Shown here: in pieces, positions 35,944 through 46,353 of the stretch | How positions within the stretch are numbered: position 1 is the stretch's first letter | Layout of the letters: the number at the start of each line of letters is the position of its first letter | Source: Ignisphaera sp. | GTDB taxonomy: Archaea > Thermoproteota > Thermoprotei_A > Sulfolobales > Ignisphaeraceae | Assembly: GCA_020833345.1 (NCBI GenBank) | Contig: JAJHQM010000002.1 | Span: forward strand, 6,190-70,189 | Direction of reading: 5' to 3' | Length of the DNA stretch: 64,000 nucleotides | Notes under the pieces: model-generated | Database searches by the model: none | What the model saw: the letters and a program-made list of their open reading frames with translations, nothing else | What the model was told of the DNA's origin: nothing | Made by a program: the position numbers and the translations under genes

Positions 35944-37383
35944 TTAGCCTTTGATAACAGCTATGGGCACGAGCCTTACAACAGGTTTTACTAACTGTGC
36001 CCTGGTGCCCACATCCACAACTCTATCAACATCTTTATAAGCTTCTGGGGTTTCTTCAGAAAGTTCCCTCATTGTTGCAGCTCTTACCATAATACCCTTT
36101 CTTTCTAGCTCCTCAATAACCTCTCTAGGCGACCTCGATCTTATGGCAGCCGCTCTACTCATCCATCTCCCAGCTCCATGTGGTGCTGACCACCAGGGAT
36201 CTCTAGCTTTTTGCGCTGGTATGGTTATATAACTTGCTGTACCCATGCTTCCAGGGATCAAAACGATTTGCCCAAAAGTTCTATGATCTTTGGGAATTTC
36301 AGGGTGTCCTGGTGGAAATGCCCTTGTCGCTCCTTTCCTATGTACAACCAGTTTAACTCTCTTGTTCTCAAAGTCATGTTCTTCTACTTTTGCAATATTA
36401 TGAGCTACATCATATATCATCCTTATTCCTAACCTTTCATAATCTACGCTAAATACCTTACTAAAGGATTCTCTAGCCCAATGCGTTATTAACTGCCTAT
36501 TTGCCCAAGCATAATTGGCTGCCGCAGCCATTGCAGCGAAATAGTCCTGGCCTTCATTACTATTAAATGGAACAGCTGCAAGCTCTCTATCAGGTACTTC
36601 TATACCGTATTTTCTCATTGCTCTCTCCATAATCATTAAGTAATCGCTTGCAACTTGATGGCCCAGTCCTCTAGACCCTGTATGAATCATTATTGTTATT
36701 TGTCCTTCTTCAAAAATTCCTATGTTTTTAGCTATATCAGGTAAGTATATTCTATCCACTATTTGGATTTCAAGGAAGTGATTACCACTGCCAAGAGTAC
36801 CAAGTTGAGGTGCTCCTCTCTCCTTAGCTCTTTTACTTACTTTTGATGCGTCAGCCCAATCTAGACTCCCTCTCGATTCTGTGTGTTCAACATCGTATTC
36901 CATAGCATAACCTTGTCTCAATGTCCATTGCGCTCCCTCCTCTAGGACCTCATTAAGCTCTCTTTCTGTTAATCTTATCTTACCTGTAGCCCCTACACCA
37001 CTTGGTATATTTCTAAATATTACATCGACCAGCTCCTTTAATTTCGGTTTTATATCTTTTAATGTTAAATCTGTTCGTAGAACTCTAACACCACAATTAA
37101 TATCGTAACCTACACCACCAGGGCTTACGACACCATCGTCAACAGAAAACCCTGCAACTCCTCCTATTGGAAAACCATAACCCTGATGGCCATCTGGAAG
37201 GGTGTAACTTGGACCTACAATTCCCGGCAAACATGCAACATTAGCAGCCTGCTCTAATGTAGCATCCTCTTTCATTTTATTTAGTAAAAAGTCATCAGCA
37301 TAAACTATTGCAGGGACTCTCATACACCTTTTGAATTCTTTAGGTATCATCCAAACAACGTCACTGACTTTCTTTAAACTCAT
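35944..37383 (-). CDS. rtcB: RNA-splicing ligase RtcB
   Basis: MSLKKVSDVVWMIPKE..., GYDINCGVR, GSGNHF, HxGSRGLGHQVA, C-terminal PIAVIKG. The ORF is open to 37440 but the internal Met at 37383 fits the family N-terminus. No intein-sized insertion. Confidence 0.9.
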   Translation of the reverse strand: MSLKKVSDVVWMIPKEFKRCMRVPAIVYADDFLLNKMKEDATLEQAANVACLPGIVGPSYTLPDGHQGYGFPIGGVAGFSVDDGVVSPGGVGYDINCGVRVLRTDLTLKDIKPKLKELVDVIFRNIPSGVGATGKIRLTERELNEVLEEGAQWTLRQGYAMEYDVEHTESRGSLDWADASKVSKRAKERGAPQLGTLGSGNHFLEIQIVDRIYLPDIAKNIGIFEEGQITIMIHTGSRGLGHQVASDYLMIMERAMRKYGIEVPDRELAAVPFNSNEGQDYFAAMAAAANYAWANRQLITHWARESFSKVFSVDYERLGIRMIYDVAHNIAKVEEHDFENKRVKLVVHRKGATRAFPPGHPEIPKDHRTFGQIVLIPGSMGTASYITIPAQKARDPWWSAPHGAGRWMSRAAAIRSRSPREVIEELERKGIMVRAATMRELSEETPEAYKDVDRVVDVGTRAQLVKPVVRLVPIAVIKG

Positions 37384-37639
37384 TACCATGAGTATCGCCA
37401 AAGCGAGCTCCTTAAATCTTGCTACATAATTTGTTACCACAAAGCTAGCTAATAAGCTTAAGCATTGTGCATAGCGTTAGGATTAATATTAAGCCTTCTC
37501 ATTTTGAGTTTGGATGAAAATGGTTAAGCTCAATAAAGCTTTTATTTCTTTTTTCAAAGCAAAGATACATATCTCAAATTGACTGGATACTTATAGTAAT
37601 TCACATTATAGCATGGTTCGCACTATGGTGTGCAATTGA

Positions 37640-38122
37640 ATGGGTAGTTGGCGCTATCCACAAGTTATTAAATATGATGAGAGTAAAATAGCTAGGGCTG
37701 TGATTAGAGATGCACCTATATCATTTAAGGAGACATACGAAATATGTAAGGTAATTAAGGGTATGAGATTAGTAGAGGCGAAGGAATTTTTAAAGAAGGT
37801 TTTAGAATTTAAAGAGCCTGTGCCCTATGTAAGATATAAATTGAATATAGGGCATAAGAGTGGACTGGCAGAGAGATGGTCCAAGTGGAAAACTCCAATA
37901 GGGAGGTATCCCATAAAGGTGGTAAAGTACATTTTAAAGCTTTTGGACAATGTTGAAAATAATGCCATTAACAAAGGACTTGACATAGAGAAGGTTAAAA
38001 TTATACATATAGCAGCACACAGAAGTTACTACCTGAAAAAATGGATGCCTAGAGCCTTTGGTAGGGCTACACCGTGGTTCAGAACACACACAAGTGTTGA
38101 GGTGATGGTTGCTGAGGTGTAA
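37640..38122 (+). CDS. rpl22: 50S ribosomal protein L22 (uL22)
   Basis: 160 aa. ARAVIRDAPISFKETYEICKVIKGM. First gene of the long cluster. Confidence 0.88.
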   Translation: MGSWRYPQVIKYDESKIARAVIRDAPISFKETYEICKVIKGMRLVEAKEFLKKVLEFKEPVPYVRYKLNIGHKSGLAERWSKWKTPIGRYPIKVVKYILKLLDNVENNAINKGLDIEKVKIIHIAAHRSYYLKKWMPRAFGRATPWFRTHTSVEVMVAEV

Positions 38123-38128
38123 GGGATA

Positions 38129-38767
38129 ATGGTCAATATAAAGAAGTATTTCATTGAGCAAGGTATAAAGAAGGTTGCTGTTGATGAGTATCTAGCAAGC
38201 AAGTTCTGGAGAGCAGGATATGCAGGTGTTGATATAATCAGAACGCCTTTGGGTACAAGAGTAATAATCTATGCACTAAGGCCAGGACTTGTAATTGGAC
38301 GTAAGGGGCAAATGCTAAAGACAATTCAAACAATGTTAGAAAAGATATTTGGAATAGAAAATCCTCAAATAACTGTGGTTGAAGTTGAGAATCCAGACTT
38401 GAATGCAAGGGTTGTAGCTGCGAATATAGCCTTGGCTTTGGAAAGAGGTATTCATTTTAGGCGAGCAGCGTTCATAGCTTTACGAAGAGTCATGGCAGCA
38501 GGGGCATTAGGATGTGAAATTGTTATTAGCGGTAAGCTTGTGGCTGAAAGAGCGCGTTACGAGAAGCTTAAAGCTGGCAAGGTTTATAAATCAGGTGAAC
38601 AAAGTTTAAGATTAGTGGACAGGGCTGTAGCTCATGTACTGTTAAAACCTGGTATGTACGGTGTCGAGGTTCTAATAACAAGACCAGGTATAACAGCAGA
38701 CTCTGTTGAAGTTGCTTCTCCAGCTCAGATGCAACAGTCAACAATGAGCGAGGGTGTTAAGCAGTGA
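38129..38767 (+). CDS. rps3: 30S ribosomal protein S3 (uS3)
   Basis: 212 aa. KH-domain region GLVIGRKGQMLKTIQ. Confidence 0.9.
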   Translation: MVNIKKYFIEQGIKKVAVDEYLASKFWRAGYAGVDIIRTPLGTRVIIYALRPGLVIGRKGQMLKTIQTMLEKIFGIENPQITVVEVENPDLNARVVAANIALALERGIHFRRAAFIALRRVMAAGALGCEIVISGKLVAERARYEKLKAGKVYKSGEQSLRLVDRAVAHVLLKPGMYGVEVLITRPGITADSVEVASPAQMQQSTMSEGVKQ

Positions 38768-38976
38768 GTGAAAAACCTCTGTCAACAGATGAGATAAGAG
38801 CAATGAGTTCAGATGAAAGAGCAAAGTTGTTGCATGATTTAAGGATGGAACTGGCAAGATTAAGGTCGCAAGCTAGAATGGGTATATTAACTAATGTTGG
38901 AAGAATAAAAATAGTTAAGAAAAATATTGCAAGAGTACTTACAGTTATAAATGAAGAGATGAAAAAAGGTGCGTAG
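38764..38976 (+). CDS. rpl29: 50S ribosomal protein L29 (uL29)
   Basis: 70 aa. GTG start overlapping the S3 stop. LRMELARLRSQARMG. Confidence 0.85.
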   Translation: MSEKPLSTDEIRAMSSDERAKLLHDLRMELARLRSQARMGILTNVGRIKIVKKNIARVLTVINEEMKKGA

Positions 38977-38978
38977 AG

Positions 38979-39278
38979 GTGCTTAGAACAAAAGACAATA
39001 TAGTTTATCATGAAATCATAGGCTTGAAGGTAAAGATACTATCACATTTAGATATATCTTTAGTTAGTAGAGAAGGTACCGTTATTGATGAGTCTATGAA
39101 TACGTTACGTATTTTCGAAGCTAAGAATAGAAAGGTAATTAGAGTGCTTAAGAAAGGTGGAGTATTTCTTTTTACAATACCTGAGACCGGTGAAGAGGTA
39201 GTAATGGATGGTATGCAAATTTCTGGCAGGCCAGAGGATAGACTTAAAAAAATTAGATCTACTAGTGTGAGGAGGTGA
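38979..39278 (+). CDS. rnp1: RNase P protein component 1 (Rpp29/Pop4)
   Basis: HEIIGLKVKILSH...GTVIDESMNTLRI...ISGRPEDRLKK. Conserved position between L29 and S17. Confidence 0.8.
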   Translation: MLRTKDNIVYHEIIGLKVKILSHLDISLVSREGTVIDESMNTLRIFEAKNRKVIRVLKKGGVFLFTIPETGEEVVMDGMQISGRPEDRLKKIRSTSVRR

Positions 39279-39284
39279 GGAGTT

Positions 39285-39656
39285 ATGGTGGCTGAGCAAG
39301 TGACAAGGAATACAGAGACAAAGAACATAGGCATTATTTATCCAGGTTTAAAGCCTCCTGAGAGAACATGCAATGACAAGAAGTGCCCATGGCATGGCAC
39401 CACTAGAGTTAGAGGACTAATTCTCGTGGGAAAAGTTGTTAAGGCTAAGATGCAGAATACCGTTGTTGTTGAAAGAGAATATTATGTGTGGATTAGGAAA
39501 TTTAAGAGATATGAGAGGAGGAGAAGTAGAATACATGCCCATAATCCACCATGTATAGCGGCTAAAGAAGGTGATATAGTACTTATAGGCGAGACAAAAC
39601 CACTTGCAAAAAGTGTAGCTTTCACAGTACTAGGCGTAATTAGAAAAGTGAGTTGA
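39285..39656 (+). CDS. rps17: 30S ribosomal protein S17 (uS17)
   Basis: 123 aa. CNDKKCPWHGTTRVRG...VVVEREY. Confidence 0.88.
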   Translation: MVAEQVTRNTETKNIGIIYPGLKPPERTCNDKKCPWHGTTRVRGLILVGKVVKAKMQNTVVVEREYYVWIRKFKRYERRRSRIHAHNPPCIAAKEGDIVLIGETKPLAKSVAFTVLGVIRKVS

Positions 39657-39666
39657 GGTGTGAACC

Positions 39667-40092
39667 ATGGCTGCTAAAAGGGCAAAGGCAGGTGCGGCAA
39701 TACCAAGAAGAAGGAGAGTTGCTGGAATAATCAATGGTACAAGACTTGTAGTAGCAGATAATAGCGGTGCAAAAGAAGTTATGGTAATGGGTATTATAGG
39801 TATAAAGACAAGATTAAGAAGGATTCCTTTTGCTAGTGTTGGCGACATGGTAGTTGTTACTGTGAAAAAAGGAACACCAGAGCTGAAAGGACAAAAACTA
39901 AGGGCTATTATAATAAGGCAGAAAAAACCATTTAGAAGACCTGATGGTACTTGGATAGCCTTTGAGGATAATGCATGCGTTCTTGTGAACCCTGATGGTA
40001 CTCCTAAAGCTAAAGAGATAAGAGGGCCTGTAGCAAGAGAGGCTATAGAGCGGTGGCCTCAAATAGCCAACATGGTTACAATTGTTGTATGA
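39667..40092 (+). CDS. rpl14: 50S ribosomal protein L14 (uL14)
   Basis: 141 aa. [17 protein letters not shown]. Confidence 0.9.
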   Translation: MAAKRAKAGAAIPRRRRVAGIINGTRLVVADNSGAKEVMVMGIIGIKTRLRRIPFASVGDMVVVTVKKGTPELKGQKLRAIIIRQKKPFRRPDGTWIAFEDNACVLVNPDGTPKAKEIRGPVAREAIERWPQIANMVTIVV

Positions 40093-40098
40093 GGTATT

Positions 40099-40545
40099 AT
40101 GATTATGAGGCTGAAGACAAAACAACCCAAGAAGCAAAGGAAAAGGCTTTTTAACTTACCATTACACTTAAGGTGGAGATTATTATCAGCACCACTGTCA
40201 AAAGAGTTGAGAAAGGATCTAGGACTGAAAAGACTATATGTAAGAAAAGGTGACGTTGTAAAAATAGTTAGAGGTGATTGGAGAGGTCATGAAGGCAAAG
40301 TTATGGACGTGGATTTAAAAAAAGGCAGAATATTTGTCGAGGGTGTAACAATAAAGAAAGCAGACGGAACGGATGTTTTCTATCCAATACATCCATCAAA
40401 AGTAGTTATAGTAAAACTTGGTGAAGTTGATGATGTTAGAAGGAAAATTATTGAGAGAAGGCAAAAAGCTAGGGAAGAGCTGGTTAAATTTGAAAAGGCA
40501 AAACCCTTAAATGAAGAGCAAATGAGGCTTGTGAAGGCCAAGTAA
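40099..40545 (+). CDS. rpl24: 50S ribosomal protein L24 (uL24)
   Basis: KOW motif [21 protein letters not shown]. Confidence 0.88.
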   Translation: MIMRLKTKQPKKQRKRLFNLPLHLRWRLLSAPLSKELRKDLGLKRLYVRKGDVVKIVRGDWRGHEGKVMDVDLKKGRIFVEGVTIKKADGTDVFYPIHPSKVVIVKLGEVDDVRRKIIERRQKAREELVKFEKAKPLNEEQMRLVKAK

Positions 40546-40567
40546 ATAACTCTGTTGGAGATGAATA

Positions 40568-41326
40568 ATGGCAAAAATAGGTGGATCAAGACATCTAAAA
40601 AGATTAGCAGCACCCTGGTTCTGGCCCATCTTTAGAAAGGAATATAAATGGACTATAAAGCCGTCTTCAGGGCCTCATCCAATTGATCGGTGCATACCAT
40701 TACTAATTATAGTTAGGGATGTATTAGGATATGCAAAAACAGCTAGGGAGGCCAAGCACATAATATATAGCGGTAAAGTGTTAGTTGATGGTGTGGTGAG
40801 GAGGGATTATAAGTTCCCTGTTGGGCTTATGGATGTAGTTGCGATACCTGAAGTAGATTTGTATGTTCGTTTTATACCTTATCCTTCAAGGCACCTATGG
40901 TTTATTAAAATACCGAAGGATGAAGCCAATCTAAAAATTGTTAGAATTGAAAATAAGGTAACGGTAAAGGGTGGACATATACAATTAAATTTATTAGATG
41001 GTAGAAACATATTAATCCATGTCAAAGATCCTGCGCATCCTGTTGAAGCTGCGAATTTTTCAACACTTGATTCACTGCTTATTGAAATCCCCTCACAGCA
41101 AATAATTCAGCACATAAAATTGAACATAGGTAAGCTAGCCATGGTTATAGATGGTAAAAACGTTGGAAGAATAGGTAAGATAGTTAACATAGATGTTAGA
41201 CCGGGATTAAAGAGAAGAAAATCTATAGTTATGTTAGAGGATATGCAAGGACACAAGTTCCAAACAATATTAGATTACATCATGGTAGTAGGAGAGGAGA
41301 AGCCGTTAATAACATTAATGAGTTGA
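40568..41326 (+). CDS. rps4e: 30S ribosomal protein S4e
   Basis: 252 aa. GGSRHLKRLAAPWFWPI. Confidence 0.9.
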   Translation: MAKIGGSRHLKRLAAPWFWPIFRKEYKWTIKPSSGPHPIDRCIPLLIIVRDVLGYAKTAREAKHIIYSGKVLVDGVVRRDYKFPVGLMDVVAIPEVDLYVRFIPYPSRHLWFIKIPKDEANLKIVRIENKVTVKGGHIQLNLLDGRNILIHVKDPAHPVEAANFSTLDSLLIEIPSQQIIQHIKLNIGKLAMVIDGKNVGRIGKIVNIDVRPGLKRRKSIVMLEDMQGHKFQTILDYIMVVGEEKPLITLMS

Positions 41327-41333
41327 CGACAAT

Positions 41334-41960
41334 ATGTCAACTATAGCAATTAAGCACGGATCCTTAACATTAACTACAATTCCGGAGACTTTTGCAAGTT
41401 CAATATTGAATTCAGAAGAAGTGGGCTTTATTCTGAAGCAGTGGAAAGAAAATCCTATGAGAATACCATTGATAAGTAAAGTTACAATAAATATTTGTGT
41501 AGGTGGTGCAACAGATAGACTAGACAAGGCCGTAAAGCTTCTTGAACAATTGACAGGGCAGAAGCCTTCGATAAGAAAGGCTAGAAAAACCATTAGGGAA
41601 TTTGGAATTAGCAGGAAACAACCTATCGCAGCAGTGGTAACATTACGTGGCCAAAAAGCATTAGAGTTTCTTAGAAAAGCGCTGTATGCAGTTAATAATA
41701 CACTTAAGATGAACTCCTTTGACGAATATGGCAATGTATCTTTCGGAATTAAGGAGCATCTTCTTCTACCAGGAGTGAGGTATGACCCGGATATAGGAAT
41801 ATTTGGTATGGATGTTGCTGTAACAGTAGAAAGACCTGGTTTTAGAGTATTAAGAAGAAGAGTTAAAAAAGCATTATCAATACCACGTAGGCACAGAGTT
41901 CGTAAGGAAGAAAGCATGCTATTGTTTGAAATTTTATTCGGTGTAAGAATTGCAAAGTAG
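41334..41960 (+). CDS. rpl5: 50S ribosomal protein L5 (uL5)
   Basis: WKENPMRIPLISKVTINICVGGATDRLDKAVKLLEQLTGQKP. The N-terminal about 35 aa are uncertain. Confidence 0.85.
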   Translation: MSTIAIKHGSLTLTTIPETFASSILNSEEVGFILKQWKENPMRIPLISKVTINICVGGATDRLDKAVKLLEQLTGQKPSIRKARKTIREFGISRKQPIAAVVTLRGQKALEFLRKALYAVNNTLKMNSFDEYGNVSFGIKEHLLLPGVRYDPDIGIFGMDVAVTVERPGFRVLRRRVKKALSIPRRHRVRKEESMLLFEILFGVRIAK

Positions 41961-41971
41961 GTGAAAACAGA

Positions 41972-42136
41972 ATGGGGAAATATAGGCCCCCTGCTGAAAG
42001 AAAACATGGTCGTGGTACGCAAGCATGTAGAAGATGTGGTAATAGGGATGCTGTAATTCAAAAATATGGAATGTATCTATGTAGGCAATGTTTTAGAGAA
42101 GTCGCTATGATTATGGGCTTCAGAAAGTATAATTAA
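41972..42136 (+). CDS. rps14: 30S ribosomal protein S14 type Z (uS14; below ORF-track cutoff)
   Basis: Own translation: [54 protein letters not shown]. Confidence 0.9.
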   Translation: MGKYRPPAERKHGRGTQACRRCGNRDAVIQKYGMYLCRQCFREVAMIMGFRKYN

Positions 42137-42150
42137 GGAGGTGTAGGATA

Positions 42151-42552
42151 TTGACACTCTTAGACCCTCTAGCCAACGCTCTTGCAACAATAACAAATTG
42201 TGAAATGCGTAGAAAGCAAGAAGCAATACTATGGCCTGCATCAAAATTAGTAATAAGGGTGTTGAGAGTTATGCAAAGGTATGGATATGTGGGAGAGTTT
42301 GAGTACATAGACGACGGTAGATGGGGGAAAATAGTAGTACAACTTCTTGGCAGGATAAACAGAGCTGGAGCAATAAAGCCAAGAATATCCATCTCATACA
42401 GAGACCTTATCAAAATGCCACATTACATTAGAAGGTATTTACCATCTAAAGACATTGGAATACTCATAATATCAACAAATCAGGATGTGATGTCGCATAG
42501 AGAAGCAATTGAGAAAAGAATGGGCGGGGTACTCTTAGCTTACGTCTATTAG
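42151..42552 (+). CDS. rps8: 30S ribosomal protein S8 (uS8)
   Basis: TTG start after [25 protein letters not shown]. Confidence 0.9.
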   Translation: MTLLDPLANALATITNCEMRRKQEAILWPASKLVIRVLRVMQRYGYVGEFEYIDDGRWGKIVVQLLGRINRAGAIKPRISISYRDLIKMPHYIRRYLPSKDIGILIISTNQDVMSHREAIEKRMGGVLLAYVY

Positions 42553-42570
42553 TAATAGAGGTGAGACTTT

Positions 42571-43119
42571 ATGGCAAGAGTTGTACATATAGTAGAGTAT
42601 GTTAAAATTCCAGAAGGCATTAAGATTGAGATCAAAAATAAGACCATTGCAGTTCAGGGTCCAAAAGGCGAGATGATTAAAAGCTTTGATTACGCAAAAG
42701 ATATAGACATTAGAATTGAAGGTGATAAAATAGTGCTGGAGACCTTCTTTGCAAATAGTAGAAAGAGAGCATTGCTATATACAATATCATCACACATAAA
42801 CAATATGATTATAGGTGTTACAAAAGGCTGGAGATACAAGCTTAAGGTAATTTCATCACACTTTCCTGTTACAGTAAAGGTTATAGGTAATAATGTTGTT
42901 ATTGAGAATTTTTTAGGTGAAAAATCTCCTAGAAAAGCACGTATATTAGAGGGTGTTAATGTAAGAATTGAAGGAAAGGATATAATAGTTGAGGGTGTGG
43001 ATATTGAAAAAGTTGCTCAAACTGCAGCAAATATTGAAATGGCTACGAAGGTCAGGGATAAGGATAGAAGAATATTTGTTGATGGCATATACATATATGA
43101 ACGAGGGGTCGCTGAATGA
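42571..43119 (+). CDS. rpl6: 50S ribosomal protein L6 (uL6)
   Basis: 182 aa. Position and IKNKTIAVQGPKGE pattern. Confidence 0.88.
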   Translation: MARVVHIVEYVKIPEGIKIEIKNKTIAVQGPKGEMIKSFDYAKDIDIRIEGDKIVLETFFANSRKRALLYTISSHINNMIIGVTKGWRYKLKVISSHFPVTVKVIGNNVVIENFLGEKSPRKARILEGVNVRIEGKDIIVEGVDIEKVAQTAANIEMATKVRDKDRRIFVDGIYIYERGVAE

Positions 43120-43568
43120 GTTTAAATTCTGAAGAGTCTATAGCAAGAAGACTAGAAGTATTAAGAATGCTTAAAGCTAAGAGGAGAATAGCTTTAATTA
43201 AGCGAAAAGCAAAAAAGCCTACATTTCTGCGTTGGTTATGGTGGAAATTTTCAAAATTTGAAAATAACTTAAAATGGAAAAAGCCCAGGGGCAAAGACAA
43301 TCCAGTTAGACTTGCATTAAAGGGTTATCCACCTAAAGCATCTGCAGGTTATGGTCTGCCTGCCGAGATCAAAAATATGCATCCTTGTGGTTTAAAGCCT
43401 GTTGTTATAAGATGCGCAAAAGATTTAGAATCTCTTGATCCAGCAAAACACGTAATCTATATAGCATCTAATGTAGGTTTAAAAAAGAAGCTCGAATTAA
43501 TTAAGGTGGCCAAGTCAAAGGGATTTAAAATAATAAATGCGCAAGGCGAAGGTGTTTATGGATCTTAG
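43116..43568 (+). CDS. rpl32e: 50S ribosomal protein L32e
   Basis: KPTFLRWLWWKFSKF..WKKPRGKDNPVR. Confidence 0.85.
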   Translation: MSLNSEESIARRLEVLRMLKAKRRIALIKRKAKKPTFLRWLWWKFSKFENNLKWKKPRGKDNPVRLALKGYPPKASAGYGLPAEIKNMHPCGLKPVVIRCAKDLESLDPAKHVIYIASNVGLKKKLELIKVAKSKGFKIINAQGEGVYGS

Positions 43569-44016
43569 TTATCAGAGACGATTGGCGGCCGAAATACTGG
43601 GGGTAGGGGAATCTAGGATAAAATTTGATCTCTCAGCAATTGATAGAATAGAAGCTGCGGTCACAAAGGATGAAATACGAAGGCTGATAAAAGATGGCGT
43701 AATTTACGCCGTTCCCGAGAAAAGTAATTCTAGAGGAAGATGGAGAGAGTTTCACGAAGAACGCAAAATGGGTAGACATAGGGGTCAAGGAAAAAGAAAG
43801 GGTAAAATAGGTGCTAGGATTGATCCGAAGAGGCAATGGATTAATAGAATTAGGAAGATTAGAAGGTTCTTAAGGTGGCTTAGAGATAACGGTGTTATAG
43901 ATAAAAAGACTTACAGAATGCTTTACAGAAAAGCGAAGGGTGGGGCTTTTGATAGTCTTGCTTCACTTAAGAGGTTCATGAAAGATCATAACATATTGCC
44001 TCAAGACTATAGGTGA
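43558..44016 (+). CDS. rpl19e: 50S ribosomal protein L19e
   Basis: MDLSYQRRLAAEILGVGESRIKFD. Start taken at the internal ATG. Confidence 0.88.
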   Translation: MDLSYQRRLAAEILGVGESRIKFDLSAIDRIEAAVTKDEIRRLIKDGVIYAVPEKSNSRGRWREFHEERKMGRHRGQGKRKGKIGARIDPKRQWINRIRKIRRFLRWLRDNGVIDKKTYRMLYRKAKGGAFDSLASLKRFMKDHNILPQDYR

Positions 44017-44024
44017 GAAGTAGA

Positions 44025-44672
44025 ATGGCACGGGGATCTAAATACAGAGTGTCAAGAAAGAGAAGAAGGGAGGGTAAAACGAATTACTATGTTAGATACA
44101 GACTTGTCAAAAGCAAGCACATCATATTAGTAGTAAGAAAGACAAATAGATATATACTGGCGCAGTTTATATACCCAACACCAATAGGCGATTACACACT
44201 TGCTGCAGCTCATAGTAGAGAACTTGTGAAATTATTTGGCTGGAAAGGAGGTACAAAGAATACCCCTACAGCATACCTTGTAGGGCTCTTAGCCGGATTA
44301 AGAGCAAAGAAACTGGGTATTACAAAAGCTGTTGCTTATATAGGTCTTCACAGACCTGTAAGGGGTTCAAAGATCTTTGCTGTGATTAAGGGAGTCCTTG
44401 ATGCTGGTATTGAAGTTCCTGTAGATAAGGAAATGCTTCCAGACGACAATAGAATAAAAGGTCTGATAATAGCTGAGTATGCTAAAATGCTTAGCGAAAG
44501 AGACCCAGAGAGGTTTAAAAAACAGTTTTCTGCTATGTTAAATTCACAATTTGATCCAAGAAACCTTACTGAGCATTTTGAAGAAATAAGGAATCGCATT
44601 CTCAAGACTTATTTAAATATCCCCGAAAGAGTGGAGGGGATATCAATTATTAAGCAAATTCTTACTAGGTGA
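44025..44672 (+). CDS. rpl18: 50S ribosomal protein L18 (uL18)
   Basis: MARGSKYRVSRKRRREGKTNYYVRYRL. Confidence 0.88.
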   Translation: MARGSKYRVSRKRRREGKTNYYVRYRLVKSKHIILVVRKTNRYILAQFIYPTPIGDYTLAAAHSRELVKLFGWKGGTKNTPTAYLVGLLAGLRAKKLGITKAVAYIGLHRPVRGSKIFAVIKGVLDAGIEVPVDKEMLPDDNRIKGLIIAEYAKMLSERDPERFKKQFSAMLNSQFDPRNLTEHFEEIRNRILKTYLNIPERVEGISIIKQILTR

Positions 44673-44678
44673 TTTAAT

Positions 44679-45314
44679 GTGATTGTGAATGTTGAAGAAT
44701 GGATCCCTAGGACGAAACTTGGTTGGATGGTTAAAGAGGGTAAAATAACATCAATAGACCAGATATTTGCCATCAATGCCATAATCATGGAGCCTGAAAT
44801 TGTCGATATACTACTTCCTAATCTAAGTCAAGAAATAATTGATGTTGTACTTGTACAAAAAATGACTGATGCTGGTAGAATATCAAGGTTTAGAGCTGTT
44901 GTAGCTATAGGGAATGGAGATGGTTATGTAGGGCTAGGCATCGCTAAAGCAAGGCAACTTAGAACAGCAATTGAAAAGGCTGTGATAGATGCAAAATTAA
45001 ATATTGTTCCAGTTAGGCGTGGTTGTGGAAGCTGGGAATGCAGTTGCAAGGAGCCGCACTCGGTCCCCTTTAGAGTTGCAGGAAAGGCTGGAAGTGTTGA
45101 AGTAACGCTAATACCTGCACCATTAGGTGTAGGCCTTGTAGCAGGAGAAGTTGCAAAGATTATTTTACGGTTAGCTGGCATAAGGGATGTATGGACATTT
45201 AGTAAAGGTGAATCAAGAACAACAATAAACTTTGCAAAGGCTGTATATAATGCACTTAAGAACACCAACAAGTTTGTCACGCCTTTAGACTGGGGTAAGA
45301 GAGCATGGGAGTAG
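44679..45314 (+). CDS. rps5: 30S ribosomal protein S5 (uS5)
   Basis: 211 aa. [21 protein letters not shown]. Confidence 0.9.
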   Translation: MIVNVEEWIPRTKLGWMVKEGKITSIDQIFAINAIIMEPEIVDILLPNLSQEIIDVVLVQKMTDAGRISRFRAVVAIGNGDGYVGLGIAKARQLRTAIEKAVIDAKLNIVPVRRGCGSWECSCKEPHSVPFRVAGKAGSVEVTLIPAPLGVGLVAGEVAKIILRLAGIRDVWTFSKGESRTTINFAKAVYNALKNTNKFVTPLDWGKRAWE

Positions 45315-45322
45315 AGCCTTCA

Positions 45323-45799
45323 ATGCCAATCTATGTAATAATTAGGCTACGAGGAACAGTTGGTGTACCGCATGATGTAGAATACACACTTAGACTACTT
45401 AGGCTTGTCAAAAAGTATCACTGTGCAATCTACCCAGCTACACCAGCCATTAAAGGTATGCTGGAAAAGGTAAAGGATTGGGTTACGTGGGGCGAAATAG
45501 ATTGCGAAACCTTGGTTCAACTACTTAAAGCACGTGGCAAGATTCACGGAAACAAGCCTCTTACAGATGACTATGTAAAGAAAGTTCTAGGTTTAGAAAG
45601 TATAGAGGCCCTTGCAAAAAGTGTAATTGAAGGTAAGGTGCTATTTCATAAGTTAGAGGATTATGGAATAAAACCTGTATTTAGATTACATCCACCTAAG
45701 AAAGGATTTAAGGGGAGCATCAAAAAACCATACAAGGACGGCGGAGAGCTAGGTTATAGAGGAAAGGATATAATTGATTTATTGAAGAGGATGATGTGA
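45323..45799 (+). CDS. rpl30: 50S ribosomal protein L30 (uL30)
   Basis: MPIYVIIRLRGTVGVPHDVEYTLRLLRL. Confidence 0.88.
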   Translation: MPIYVIIRLRGTVGVPHDVEYTLRLLRLVKKYHCAIYPATPAIKGMLEKVKDWVTWGEIDCETLVQLLKARGKIHGNKPLTDDYVKKVLGLESIEALAKSVIEGKVLFHKLEDYGIKPVFRLHPPKKGFKGSIKKPYKDGGELGYRGKDIIDLLKRMM

Positions 45800-45800
45800 T

Positions 45801-46250
45801 ATGGTTATTCGTAGAGAGAAGAAGAGTAGGAAGATGCATGGTTATAGAAATAGAGGTTGGGGGAATGTGGGTCAGCACAGAAAGTCAGGATCTCGAGGAG
45901 GTAGAGGGGCTGCTGGTATGCATAAGCACAAATGGACTTGGATCGTGAAATACTTCAAAGACTGGTTTGGTAAAAAAGGCTTTACACCCAGGAAAACAAC
46001 TGCAAAGGTAATGACAATAAACCTTACGCAACTAAATGAAATTGTAACAAGGACTTTGCAATCGGGTTCGGCTATAGTTGAAGAGGGAAAGGTAGTTGTA
46101 AACCTAGCAGCATTAGGTATAAACAAACTACTTGGAGAGGGCAATATAGAATACCCGGTAAAAGTTTTAGTGCAAAGCTGTTCTAAAAAAGCTCAAGAAA
46201 AAATAAAGAAAGTGGGAGGAATTGTTCAACTCGTTGGCTCCAGCACATAG
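45801..46250 (+). CDS. rpl15: 50S ribosomal protein L15 (uL15)
   Basis: 149 aa. GQHRKSGSRGGRGAAGMHKH. Confidence 0.88.
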   Translation: MVIRREKKSRKMHGYRNRGWGNVGQHRKSGSRGGRGAAGMHKHKWTWIVKYFKDWFGKKGFTPRKTTAKVMTINLTQLNEIVTRTLQSGSAIVEEGKVVVNLAALGINKLLGEGNIEYPVKVLVQSCSKKAQEKIKKVGGIVQLVGSST

Positions 46251-46353
46251 AGTAGTTAAATAATTAATATATTGATTATGATGTGACGTGCTGATAGTAA
46301 TTAAAACAACATCTTATATTTTGTGTATGCATTATTTTATGTTATAGAGATTT

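Noticed and set aside
41315-42061. Long antisense ORFs in the track (for example 41315-42061 minus 248 aa, 4737-5351 plus, 28961-29392 minus, 44924-45280 minus, 7160-7477 plus, 39008-39334 minus).
   Set aside because: Each lies entirely antisense to a confidently identified conserved gene (r-proteins, Trm11/Prs, PCNA, H+-PPase). Their compositions are low-complexity Ser/Leu/Pro-rich, typical of shadow frames.
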